DNA of 64,000 nt, taken from positions 291,669,238-291,733,237 of the forward strand of contig NC_133621.1 in NCBI RefSeq assembly GCF_048593235.1. Direction: 5' to 3'. A model generated the notes under the pieces. The model made no database searches. It was not told the DNA's origin and saw only the letters and a program-made list of their open reading frames with translations. The stretch comes from Sminthopsis crassicaudata (lineage: Eukaryota). Shown here one piece after another: positions 13,190-25,176 of this stretch. Position 1 is the stretch's first letter, and the number at the start of each line of letters is the position of its first letter. A program made the position numbers and the translations under genes.

Positions 13190-13898
13190 CCAAACAAAGA
13201 AATGGACAAAGAAATGAAAATATGAGTATCAGAAAAGAAAAGAAACCAACTACCATGAAGACATATCATAGCTCCAGGGATACATAAGGGATGAACCCAG
13301 ACAAAGAAAGTCCTAATATCCTAATAGCCACATGAACAGAACTTCAAGGAAAAAGTTGACTTGGCCACAAAGACTATCAAAGTATCTGGAAGAAGTTAAG
13401 CAATAAAAAATGAAATTATCAGTGAAAGAAGAGGTTTAGATAAAAGGGAATGAATAGCTTAGAATAGTAACTAGAAAATCTTATCCAAGTAAAAGATTGA
13501 AAATTGGAGTACACAAAACATTTCAATGACTACATGAAAAAAACTATTAGAGCAAAATCAAAAGGCAGACAAAAATATTAGAAAATACATGGTTATCTAC
13601 TTTCAAAAGCCACTGACTCAGAGAAAGTAGATCAAGTAGAAAAAAATCTAAGAATCATACTCTCTGAAAACCATAACCAAAAAAAGCATACCATCCAAAA
13701 ATATAATTAACAAAAACTGTCCAATTCTATTAGAAGTAGAAGGCAAAGTAAAATTAGGAATCCACCAATGATTTTTTGAAAGAAACTCCAAAATGAAAAC
13801 TCCCAGGAAGATGCCAGCCAAAAACCAATGCTTCCAAGTCAAAGAAAAAATATTGTTCACAGCCAGAAAAAGAGTTCAAGAACCCAGGAGTCAGTCAG
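13190..13898 (+). mobile_element. Degraded L1 ORF1 fragment
   Basis: MKTPRKMPAKNQCFQVKEKILFTARK resembles marsupial L1 ORF1p (KTPRNIVAKFQ..QVKEKILQAARK); frameshifted and truncated by a gap. Confidence 0.8.
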
Positions 13899-14139
13899 NN
13901 NNNNNNNNNNNNNNNNNNNNNNNNNNNNNNNNNNNNNNNNNNNNNNNNNNNNNNNNNNNNNNNNNNNNNNNNNNNNNNNNNNNNNNNNNNNNNNNNNNNN
14001 NNNNNNNNNNNNNNNNNNNNNNNNNNNNNNNNNNNNNNNNNNNNNNNNNNNNNNNNNNNNNNNNNNNNNNNNNNNNNNNNNNNNNNNNNNNNNNNNNNNN
14101 NNNNNNNNNNNNNNNNNNNNNNNNNNNNNNNNNNNNNNN
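13899..14139. other. Assembly gap (241 N)
   Basis: N run. Confidence 1.
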
Positions 14140-14219
14140 CCAAAATATAAATGTATCTTATATACAAAAATATCTTACAAGTAAAATTGAATATAGTTCA
14201 AGTGGATCCTTCTCTACTG

Positions 14220-15117
14220 CCTTCATTCTCATATCCCTCTTGTCTTTAAGGAACCTTCATTAAACTCTAACATCCATTCAAACTATCCTCCTATCTCCCT
14301 TTCTCCTTCCCTTGTCAGCTAAACTGCCTGAAAAAGCTGTGTGCTTTCACTGATCTCAGCAAACCCTCAGCCTTTTTGCAGAACAGCTTCTAAATTGCTC
14401 TCTCTAGAATGGCCAATGATCTTTTAAATGCCAAATTTGGATGCCCATTTACTGCCTCTGATATTAACCATCTTCTCCTTCTTGAGACTCTTACCTCACT
14501 GGATTCTCCTGGAATTATACTTCCTGATTCTTCTCCTTCCTGTCTGGTCACCTTTCAGTTCCTGCCTCCTCAGATATATAACAAACTCCCTACCTCTGGA
14601 TGTTCTTCCAAATCCAGCGTTAGGCCTTCTTTTCTGACTAAGGAGACTGGAAAGATAGTCTGGGGCTAAGTTTGTAGAATTTTCAAAGTCAAATAGAAGA
14701 CTTCATTTTTTTTTATCCTAAAGGTAATAGGAAACCACTAGTTTTGATTAAGCAGAGGTATGATGTGGTCAGATCAGTATTTAAGAAAATTAAATGTTGG
14801 CCGTTGGGATAGGAAATTTGGAGATCAATTAAGAGGTTAGTGAAAAATGTAGATGAGAGATGATGAGCTCCTGAACTAAAGTGGGAGCTATGTGAATGGA
14901 GGAAAAGGGCTGAATGCAAAAGATGTTATAAAGGTAGGAATGGCAAGATTCCTACCAGTGATGAGATGTGTGTAATGGAGACTGAAAAGTCCAGAATAAT
15001 AACAAGATTAAGCACCTGAGAGGATGGTAGTGCCTTGGAAAGAAGGGAGAATTTTGGAGGAGAGATAATGAGTTTAGTTGTTTACATGTTGAGTTTGAAA
15101 TGTCTCTTGAATATTCT
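14220..15117. mobile_element. L2 fragments in both orientations
   Basis: Pyrimidine-rich L2-type text (ccaatgatcttttaaatgccaaat; ctcttacctcactggattc) followed by a purine-rich reverse block (gtcagatcagtatttaagaaaat). Confidence 0.55.
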
Positions 15118-15282
15118 NNNNNNNNNNNNNNNNNNNNNNNNNNNNNNNNNNNNNNNNNNNNNNNNNNNNNNNNNNNNNNNNNNNNNNNNNNNNNNNNNNN
15201 NNNNNNNNNNNNNNNNNNNNNNNNNNNNNNNNNNNNNNNNNNNNNNNNNNNNNNNNNNNNNNNNNNNNNNNNNNNNNNNNNN
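15118..15282. other. Assembly gap (165 N)
   Basis: N run. Confidence 1.
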
Positions 15283-15366
15283 AGTTTCATATATAAGTTT
15301 CTCTAGAAATGTTCATATTTATAGAAGATTTTCAAGTCCAGAAAACAATAAAAATTATGCTAAAAC

Positions 15367-16005
15367 TGTTATGGGCCAGAACTCTGACTTGAAACAAAGG
15401 ATTCTTACAAGGACCTAAGACAGTGGAATTGATGGAGATGATAATAGTTATTTAGCATGGTTCAGTAGGATTGATTTAATCCTACAAGGAGATGTTATGG
15501 GCCAGAACTTGAAACAAGGTACTAGGTGGAATTGAGGAGACAATGGTTAAATTTAGTTTAGCATTGATTTAATCTTATAACAAATAATGGTTTCCCAGTG
15601 ATATAATGATTGGTTTGGACTCAGTGTACAGCATATAAGCAAGAAGCTTTCAGGGCCAAAAAAAGACAGGCACACTAGAAGCTCTTGGAGGCTGAGACAG
15701 ATTCATTCCATCTTCCACCTTTGTGCTGGATGGAGGCTGAAGCACAAACCTTTGCATTCAGAAAGATTCAGAGGGCAGAGAAGGAGGCAGGAGCTCAAGC
15801 CCATGAAACCAAGGGGAGAGATAGGCCTCAAAGAAAGCTAACCAGGCCCCAGGAAAGGAGACAAGACTTAGGAAGAGACAATAAAGGATTTGGACTATAA
15901 TCCCTGACTACTCATATGATGATTACTGAACTGAAAGGAAGGCTGTCTCCAGAGACCCCAAGAAAACTTCAACAGAGAACATTACATTTTAGAGAGAATA
16001 TTACA
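15367..16005 (+). mobile_element. Solo ERV LTR (ERV2-like) with duplicated 5' head
   Basis: TGTTATG...ATTACA termini, perfect 6-bp TSD TAAAAC (15361-15366 / 16006-16011), TATA-like tataag at 15634, AATAAA at 15880. Same family as the integrase-linked LTR at 24113-24531. Confidence 0.9.
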
Positions 16006-19000
16006 TAAAACATCAATTTTGAATAAAATATACTGGCCAGAAAAGACTGCTTTCCATATGTATCCTTTCCTGCTTAGGTTACTGAGGATACCCAGGGATG
16101 AAAAAGTAGAGAATTTTCCATTCTGTCTTTCCAGCCACTTTGATTGGCTCCCATTTTCCCTTTTCTCTAGCTCAGATGCTCTTCAGTTATCAGACAAGTC
16201 TGGATGAAATGAAAAATAGGTCAGGAAGCTTGACTAGAGCTGTGTATTGTCTTGTTTACATTATATTTCTGTGGTTCTAGAAATCAACAGGGAATCAAAA
16301 GCCATGTGGATATGGCTAAAAAGCCTGCTGTGTACTCAGGAAATCCACGATTTTGTCACGGTGGGTAGCCATTCCTCTATGCCTGAGGGGTGAATTGCTT
16401 TAGTTGAAAAAAATTTGTTAATGAGGCTTCCAGAAGGGAGTCAGACTAGATCTTAGATAAAAGACATTTTAGTCCATCAATTATGGGGCCCACACTCAAG
16501 ACCTTTGCATCTAGGACCTGCTAAAGTTTATACTCTCTTAGCAAAGCTCTGACAAACTCTGGGTCATATATTTCACTAAGAAGCATCAGAGCAGGGTTTT
16601 AGTGGAGGGAGGTTGGATGATATAATAACAAAAATACATTTGGGCAAAAAGCTTTCAAACTGTTAAAAAGTTAAGACAAATTCATCCTTAGTCAGCGTTA
16701 AGGCATTCACTCAATTTATCCCATTTGGAGTAAGTCCTCTTTTACTGGAGTAATTCTCTTTTGAATTGGATCAGAGTCTTTAGCCTACCATCTGGTGATC
16801 TCAACAGCAGCTGGACAGTGCTCAAGAATGTTGTTTTTAGAAATATTTGTTCTGAGGTATATTGGGTTTCCTAGCAAAGTTAACAGGTTGCCTAAATGTT
16901 TGTGTATTTAATTGTATTTATCAGAGCAAAGTTCACTTTCAATCCATACAAAATTGAAGCTCTATTCTCCTCAACATCCTGCTCCATTTTTACCTATTTG
17001 CTAAAAGTGCAATTCATTCTCTGTTCCCTCCTGCTAGAAAACTCTCCTCCTGAATTTTAAGTTCATTTTGAATTTTTCCTCCAATGCCCAATTCTTTGTA
17101 CTAATATATTCCATGAGAATTTTACTGGTCTTGTTTCTGCAGGTAACAATTAAAGCTAAAAAGCTTCTGTATTTCTCATTAATATTAAGAAGTTTAATTC
17201 AGATATGTCTAGATGCTAGTATTTCACATCAAGGGACTAGGAGATCATTGTTATATTCTCATGTCTTCTAATGAAAAGGCAATTTTTATCTTTCCAAATA
17301 AGTACTCTTTGAAATCATATTCTTAACTAGGACACATTGACTCAGAATTCACATGACAAAAGGTGAAGAGCCCTAAGATTTCCCCTACAAATACTAAACT
17401 CAATAATCAGAAAAATCAGGAAATCTTAAGAGCTGAAAGGAACCCAAAAGATCATCATTTTTTTTCAGTTCCCACTTAAAACATGAGAAAGATTTTTGAA
17501 TCCCTCTGCATACTAAACATGACCTTGGAAGTGGTCATATGCAAATAGAATGCTAGATCTGAGGGGCAGGACTACATGGGGGGATAAGGAGCAAGAATAA
17601 GAGTGGAAGATCTCTTAGGGGTCACTGAGGTCAACCCCCTCATTTAGAGAAGGGGAAACTAAGAACACTGCATAGTAAATAGCAAATTTTCAGTGGCTGA
17701 ATTATTAAAGATGGATGGGGGAAATAATGAGCCCATTCATCTACCTTTTCAACAGTTATTTATTAAGAACCTAATCTGAAAAAGAACTTCTATAATCCAT
17801 TATGTTCATTCATTCATTAGCAGCTCCAGAAAGACAAAAAATGTTTCCTAGGAAGTTCTGATATCTGTAGGGACAAAAGGAAGGGGAGAGGAGAATACTA
17901 AAAAGAACATCTGGAGCTGACAAATAGGAAAGAGGTGGAGAAAGAGAAAAACTATGCAGAGACAGGTAATGACCACAGGGCACAGAGGAAAAGAGAGAAA
18001 TGAACAAATGAGAAAATCAGAAAGTGTTCTGGATACTTAAGGGATCGGGTATATGTATAAGCGCATGTGCATGTGTTTATGTAAACTAGGAGAGAAGATT
18101 CAGGATTTATTATAAAAAGTCATACAATCCAAGGAACATAAGGTATCCTTAGTATCATCTTGGCCAACCTGAATGTGAAACAGGAATACCCACTATGACC
18201 GTGCTCAGGAGAGAGCACCACCTGAAGGAGTCTCCATCATTTCTAAGTGCCAGGCCCAATTTTGCCCTCAAATGATGAGCAAAGAACCATTTAATTCCAC
18301 TCCACAAACTCTGAGGAAGCCCTTACCCCATGTGAGGCATTGGGCATTCTTTTCATAGGTAATTTCTAGAGAAAACAGGCCCTCCCAGTCACTCAGGATG
18401 GCACCTGAGGAACCTTGGCAAACATACTGCAGCAAGAGAGCAAATGTGGAGTTGGAGAAACTGCCAAGTCTGGCTTGTTCCATTTAGTGTATGAAGGGCA
18501 CCAATAGGTACGAGGTAAGTGCATCCACCTGGGATAGCCTTACATGATAACTGGAAGAAGTTTAAGAGACCCCAGAGGCACCAGAATCCCTGAAAGTTTC
18601 TGATAAAAGAGAGATGGGCCATCCCTGTGCTATCACAGAGGAGCTATGTGGAAGAGAAATTGGTAGCAGGAGGGAGATCAGGAAAGTAGTCCAGGTAAGA
18701 GATGCTAAGGACCCTGGAGAAGACAAGGAGAGATTGATATGAGAAAAGTTGGGGAGATAGAATTGAAAGGAGTTGGCAGTTGATAAAATGAAGGGAATCA
18801 GAGAGAATAGAAGAGTCAATGAAATCGGTCTCAGTGAATGAGATGGTGACATCTTCAACAAAATAACCCAGTTTAGTGAGGGGGCAGAGGAGACAAAAAA
18901 CATAAGGTCTGATTGTCTGCTCCCTCAGCATAGGTCACTCTAATGATGTTCCCTCTACCAGGGGAAGTCAGAGCCTTCTCTGTAACTCACAGAATCATGG

Positions 19001-19158
19001 GTCACAGCCAGAGAGGGTGGGAAGGGAGGCTTCCTGGTGTCTATTCAGCGTGCCTGTTGGGCAGGCATTTCAAATCTAAACATGTTGGATGTGAAATGCT
19101 GACTGAGCACACAGGTAATGGTGCTTAAGTATAGTTCATTAGCAAGATTAGGGCTGGA

Positions 19159-19159
<1 letters not shown>

Positions 19160-19200
<41 letters not shown>
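19160..19200. repeat. (TG)20 microsatellite
   Basis: Direct read. Confidence 0.98.
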
Positions 19201-19203
<3 letters not shown>

Positions 19204-19402
19204 GGGGGGAGGAAGCTCAGCAGGTCAATGGATTACAGTACTGGGCCTGGAGTAAAAAGACTTGGGTTTAAATATGCCTCAGACTCTTACTAGCTGTGTG
19301 GCCCTGTATGCCTCAGTTTCCTCATCTGTAAAAATGGAGGTAAGAATAGCACCTGGTTTGTTGCAAGGTGCTTGGGCACAAAGCAAATGCTCTATAAACA
19401 TT

Positions 19403-19403
19403 G

Positions 19404-19446
<43 letters not shown>
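19403..19446. repeat. (GC)4(AC)18 microsatellite
   Basis: Direct read. Confidence 0.97.
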
Positions 19447-19450
<4 letters not shown>

Positions 19451-19639
19451 AAACACGAGAATTATCTACATTGAAATAACAACTGAATTTATGGGAGATA
19501 ATATAATAAATTAGAGAAGAGGACCCAGGAAAGATGACAGGGGGACCATTGTACTTTGAGAACAAGAGATGGTTATGAATCCGCAAAAGAGAATAAGAAA
19601 AAACTAATTATATTACAATATGGTTATCAAAATCTTTAA

Positions 19640-20110
19640 AAATTAATTTCCAGGAAAGATTTACATGAACTGATGCTTACTGAAGCAAGCAGAACATTGT
19701 ATTCATCAACAACAAGATTATGTGATGATCAACTGGGATGGGCTTGGGTCTTTTCAACATGAGGAGATTCAAGGCAATTCCAATAGACTTAGGATGGAAA
19801 ATGTGATTTATGTCCAGAGAGAGACTATGGAGACTGAATGTGGATGGAAGCATAGTATTTTCACCCTTTTTTCTTTGTTTATTTTTTCTTGTGTCTTTTT
19901 TTCCTCTTTTGGTTTAATTTTTCTTGCACAGCATGACAAATATGGAAATATGTTATAAAGAATTTCACTTATTTAACCTATATCAGATGGCTTGCTGACT
20001 TAAGGGAGGACAAGGTAAGGGAGGGAGGGAGAAAACTATGGAACACAAAGTTTTACAAACATAAATATTGTATTTGGAAAAAATAAATATTACTAAAAAT
20101 TAAAAAAAAA
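19640..20110 (+). mobile_element. Marsupial L1 3' end
   Basis: catgaactgatg...aggcaattccaatagactt...atccagagagagactatggagactgaatgtgga, ending in an A-rich tail. Confidence 0.85.
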
Positions 20111-20840
20111 TAAGTTCCAGGACCTGAGTTCCACTGTCAAGTACAAGTATGACAACAACTCTCCAGCTTTGATGTCAGGTGTGACCTTTCCCAATGGGTT
20201 CAGAAGCCCAGCTGTTTAGATACAAAAATATTTTTTTCTTACTAAAAACTAAGGTAAATGTAAATTTCCAACTCAAAAGAGTCAACTGCACAGATGCAGG
20301 ATGGGGAGTACTGGTTCATGTGCACAAGACTGTGTAGCTTTCACAAGGTGCTGACATAAGACCTAAACTCATTGGGCACAACATCCACAGAGTCACAAGG
20401 GGAGAATCCCATCAGGTTCTAATGTAAGCAGACCATATCTAGAACCCAAAGTTTTCAGTGCTTCATTTAAGTGGAGGAAGGACATGGAACAGAGAAAGTG
20501 GGGAGGTGGAGAAGCAAGAAACAGGGAAAGAACAGGAGAGGCAGCTGCAGGTATCTGCAAGGCCTTCAGATTCAAGATGTTCTATTCAGGTCTGGGAGCA
20601 AAAGCTAGATAGGTGGATGCTACTGAGAAGCAGATTTAAGCTGAGCATAAAGGAAAACATCCTAACATTCAAAGCATCCAAAAAGGTAAATGGCTGGGCT
20701 ACCATTGCAGGGAGAATGCCCATCATGCACTAGATCAGGACTGCTCCATCTGCTCAGGGTCAGCTTTGCCTACCTGACTCCAAGGTCCCTTCTAACTAAC
20801 TCTGAGATAACAGTAATTCAGAAGTTAGGCAATGACTTAC

Positions 20841-20948
20841 TGCGGTTGACAATCTGGATGCCAACGTCATTTCCAAGTTTCCTTTGAGACCGAGAAGGGC
20901 TGGGACTAAAATAAAAACTTCAGTCACGTTTTTGAACACCTCCCAGTG
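20841..20948 (-). CDS. SLC41A2: SLC41A2 coding exon 2 of window (gene exon 3), [36 protein letters not shown]
   Basis: Acceptor ttcttttctttacag, donor GCA|GTAAGT, 108 nt, phase 0-0. Carries the MgtE/SLC41 D1 motif ([20 protein letters not shown]). Absent from the ORF track because it is short. Confidence 0.97.
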
Positions 20949-22896
20949 CTGTAAAGAAAAGAACAGTTCAGATGAAAGTTTACAATCTGCCCACCTTCAC
21001 TTAATGTGCTACACAATGAAAATCAATTTAAAAATCTGAAATTTAAATTTGAAAATTATTTTAAATTTGTTTTTCAACTCCGTTGTGGCTAGCTGTGCAT
21101 GTTTTATAACCAATAGATTTCGAACCATCTGCTCTGTTCTCTCCACATGTCTGAGTTTACTTTAGTAAGCTGGCTGATGGACAGAATAGGCCCTTCCTGC
21201 TACAATAGTGAACAGTGAACTTGATGATATTCATGTCACCCAGTCTCAGTGGGAGATGCTACGTGTCCTCAATACTGGGCCACTGCTTTATCCCTTTGGC
21301 TTAATTTAATCAACTGCAAAATGAAAACAAGCATTTTTTCCTCCTTCCTGGAACGTTTATCAAAGAAACATTTTCACCTCCCCACTCCAAGTGTGCATTT
21401 TTATTGAATGGAAAACAAAGGCCAAAATGATGGTAATTGGTTTTGCACCAATAATTTGTTATCACCAACACAGTGTTGATACTGATAATTGTGATTATAT
21501 AAATCTGAAACCTGTGGAAAGACATAATTACCATTGTGCAGAGCATAAAGGAGTTAGAATTTAATCTGAAAATCATGCAAAGTGATCAAAGAAAATGAAG
21601 ACTAAACATGGTTTATAATTACCAAGAGGACAATGTGGTGCTTTCATCAAACAAAATCTTTAATCCATGAAACAAAAGTATCACAGAAAAACAGTACAAA
21701 CATGTAATTGTTGACCTCTTTAAAAGAAGTCAACAGTCTCTAGCTAGACTACTAAGAAATTCTGTTGTGCTTTACCAACCAAATAAGTAGATAGAGATAG
21801 AGATAAATAACTATGGAACAATTGGCAAAGATGCAATACACTCCTCGCCAAAAAAAAGAAATTATTGGAATGACTGGGAAAAGAGAGACACCACTGGCAA
21901 AACTGAATTCATACAACTATTCTGGAAAATATTTTGGAACTTGACCCAAAAAGCAACAAAAGCGTTCATACTTTGATCTAGAAATATCACTATTTGGCAC
22001 ATATCTCCAATAGGTCAAAGATGGAGGGAGAAAAAGCCACATTACAAAAGTACATTACAAATACATTACAAAGCACATTACAAAAAGTAGCATTTTTTGG
22101 TTGTAACAAAGAATTGAAAATAAAGAAGGGATAGACAAACATGTGAATGTAATGGAATATTATTGCACCATGAGGAGTCACGAAAGAGAGCACCCTGGAT
22201 CTGAACATATGAACTATGATGTTGAATGGAGCTAGCCAAACCCGAAGCATCACTTATACAACAAGAACAAAAATGGAAAACAATTCTGGAAAAAGAACTT
22301 TGATCAGTGCTCAGGGGCCAAACAATCTGAGATTATGAGGATGCCAAAAGCCTCCTGCTTCTTGGCAATCAGGTAGTGGCCTCGAGTGCAGGACCAGGCA
22401 TGTGTGCTTGGTCATGCCCAATGCATAAACTGACTTCACTTGACTTTATTTATCTGCTACAAAGGAAGACTTTTTACTGGGGGCAAGGGAGGAGCCAAGG
22501 AGGTAGAGCAGTGATTGTTGGGGGGATGGGGGGGTGTGATAATGATATGTATAAGGAATAGAAAGAAATGAACCCCAATGAAACATCTTTAAACACAGAC
22601 ACAAGAGAGGAATTTCGGGTAACCCAAAGAACTCTCTAAACATCAGATAGAGGCTATAAGCCTGTATCAGTGCTGGAAGGGATCCCAGTTCTGACTACGG
22701 AACGCTAAGCAGGAATATTAACAAAATAGATGTGGCCTCCAGTCCAAATGGGCACCTAGAAAGCACAGGCCTCTGGGGCCTAGTACTGTCAAGATCCACC
22801 AAACCCGGAGCTTTAGGATAAACTTCAAGGGTTTGCTATGAACTCTAAAACTCCACGAGTAGGGCAGATCCTTCACTCCTTTAAGACTCAGGTCAA

Positions 22897-23029
22897 GGGA
22901 CAGCTGGGTGGTATAGTGGATAGAGCACCAGCCCTGGAACCAGGAGGACCTGATTTCAAATCTGGCCTCAGACACTTAACAGTTATAAGTTGTATCAGTC
23001 TGGCAAGTCCCTTAACCGCAGTGTTTCAT

Positions 23030-23064
<35 letters not shown>
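22897..23064 (+). mobile_element. WSINE1-type SINE
   Basis: gggacagctgggtggtatagtggatagagcaccagccctgg head and A34 tail. Confidence 0.88.
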
Positions 23065-23066
<2 letters not shown>

Positions 23067-23384
23067 GAAAACTTCCCACAATCTGATGTTTTTCCTGAAG
23101 TACAATTCAGATACCCCATCTTTATCCCTGCACCATATCCCAGCCTTCTTCTTCTTATCCCTGACAAGGTAACTTTGCATCCCTGATTCATGTCCATGTA
23201 CGCTTATAAAAACATGTCAAACTCATGCCATATATCACTCTCCCTCATAATGTCAACTCTTTCAGAACAGGTTATTTTGATTTTGTCTATGCAGAACCTG
23301 GAACATGGTAGATACTTAAGAAATGATTATTGATGGAGGGATGGAATTTTGGTTTTTAAAAATGAAGAAAAATATTTTTAAAAG

Positions 23385-23850
23385 GTAAAATATAAAGCAG
23401 AACCAGGAGATCACTATACACTTCAACAATGATACTGTATGAAGATATATTCTGATTGAAGTGGAAATCTTCAACATAAAGAAGATCTAATTCACTTCCA
23501 GTTGATCAATGATGAACAGAAACAACTACACCCAGAGAAGAAACACTGGGAATTGAGTGTAAAATGTTTGCCCTATGGTCTTTCTACCCAGGTTACTTTT
23601 ATCTTTGCAATCCAGTTCTTACTGTGCAGCAAGTTTTACACACATATATTGTATCTAGGATATACTGTAACACATTTAACATGTATGGGATTGTCTGTCA
23701 TCTAGGGGAGGGAGTGGAAGGAGGGAGGGGAAATTTTGGAAAAGTGAATACAAGGGATAATGTTGTAAAAAAAAAAATTACCCATGTATATGTACTGTCA
23801 AAAAAATTATAATTATAAAATTAATTTAAAAAATAAAATAAAAATAAAAG
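23385..23850 (+). mobile_element. Marsupial L1 3' end
   Basis: gcagaaccaggagatcactatacacttcaacaat...caactacacccagagaag...aattataaaattaat. Confidence 0.85.
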
Positions 23851-24112
23851 GTAAAATACAGATTAAAGGACTGCTTTTAAATGCAAAAGGTATAGGGAGA
23901 GAAGAAGTATCACTTTACAAGTCTTACTGGCTGAGAGTTGGTATCTTCCCTCTCAAGGGAAATTTTCTGTGTGTTTGTATATCCCTACTACAAATATTCA
24001 TATGTGCATGCTGTCTCCCAGGTTAAAATATAAGCTTCTTGACAGCAGAGGTTATTTCTATTTGTATCCTCAAAACCAGCACAATGCCCCACACATAATA
24101 ATAAGTGCTTAC

Positions 24113-25176
24113 TGTAATCTTCTAAAATGTAATGTTCTCTGTTGAGGTTTTCTTGGGTTAGGGTTAGGGTTAGTCTTTGTTTCAGTTCAATAATCACCAC
24201 ACAAGTAGCCAAGGGTTAAAGTCCAAATCCTTTATTGTCTCCTTCACTTGGGGCTCGGCTAGTTTTTCTGGAGGCCTTCCAGATCTTGGTTTCAGTGGAG
24301 AAGTGAAGGAGGAGAGCCTGCCACCACTTCTCTGGTCTTCCCTCCTTCTCTTTCTGGCTGAGCTTGTTCGAGCTTATGTGGTTTCTTATCAAAGGTGTGA
24401 ATCTTGTGGAACTGTAGTAAGTACTAAGTACATGTAGTGAACTAGAGAATTGTTAAGCACCCTGCTAAATAACCATTGTCTCTATCATTTCCACTGAGTT
24501 AGCACCTTGTTTCAAGTTCTGGCCCATAACATGTTCCGCTTTCTTTTGTTTTTAAAACATAGGTGGTCATGACCTCCCTGACTTCTCAAGAAGATGAGAA
24601 TCCCCCAAAAAGAGGTGATCACGCCTTCCCTGATTGCTCAAAAAAGAGGTGAAAACACCATAAAAGGAGGTGATCATGCCCTCCCTGACATCTCATGGTC
24701 CCTTCCATTCACCACTTTCTGGATCCTTCACATCACCTGGCAATTACCTAAAGATAGTGGAGCTGCTTGCCCTGGTGGGTTATAAAACCTGTCTGCCGGA
24801 GCCAGTGCATCTTTATCAAAAATTTAAAAATTAATGGTATAAAGAGCTAAATTTAGAAGTTCTCCAGGGTTACTGTGGCTCCCTCTTTCTTTTGTTTTAA
24901 TGTCTCTTTTTCTCCTCTTTATTACTGCCTGACCTGGAGGATTAAAAGGTATGCCAGTGATGTGTAAAATCTGATACTATGCACAAAAGTGTGCAAAATG
25001 TTTAGAAGTATATGCAGGTCCATTGTCTGTTTTTATTGCTTGTGGCACACCCATAATTGCAAATGCTTGTATAAGGAATTCAGTGACCACTTGGGCTGTC
25101 TCTTTTGCTGATGGTATTGCAAAAGTGAATCCTGAAAAGGCTTCTACCACCTTGTTTCAAGTTCTGGCCCATCACA
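24113..25176 (-). mobile_element. Internally deleted ERV2 (betaretrovirus-like) provirus: 5' LTR stub, integrase fragment, PPT and full 3' LTR
   Basis: Minus strand: LTR head TGTGATGGGCCAGAACTTGAAACAAGG (25176-25150), integrase, purine tract aaaacaaaagaaaagcggaaca, then LTR TGTTATGGG...ATTACA (24531-24113). Imperfect 5-bp TSD cttac/cttaa inside an L2 tail. Confidence 0.88.
24696..25150 (-). pseudogene. Retroviral integrase remnant (core plus C-terminal WKGP)
   Basis: My translation: VVEAFSGFTFAIPSAKETAQVVTEFLIQAFAIMGVPQAIKTDNGPAYTSKHFAHFCA*YQILHITGIPFNPPGQAVIKRR, a frameshift, then LLNLALYTINF*...DPESGEWKGP. IKTDNGPAYTS and TGIP(Y/F)NPxGQA are class II retrovirus integrase hallmarks. Not in the ORF track. 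Confidence 0.92.

Noticed and set aside
21240-21260. C/D-box-like TGATGA motifs scattered in introns (e.g. about 21221)
   Set aside because: Antisense to the host gene or lacking a paired D box and terminal stem; no snoRNA can be supported.
22039-22086. Four copies of acattacaaa
   Set aside because: Local slippage inside a decayed L1 fragment; no functional sign.
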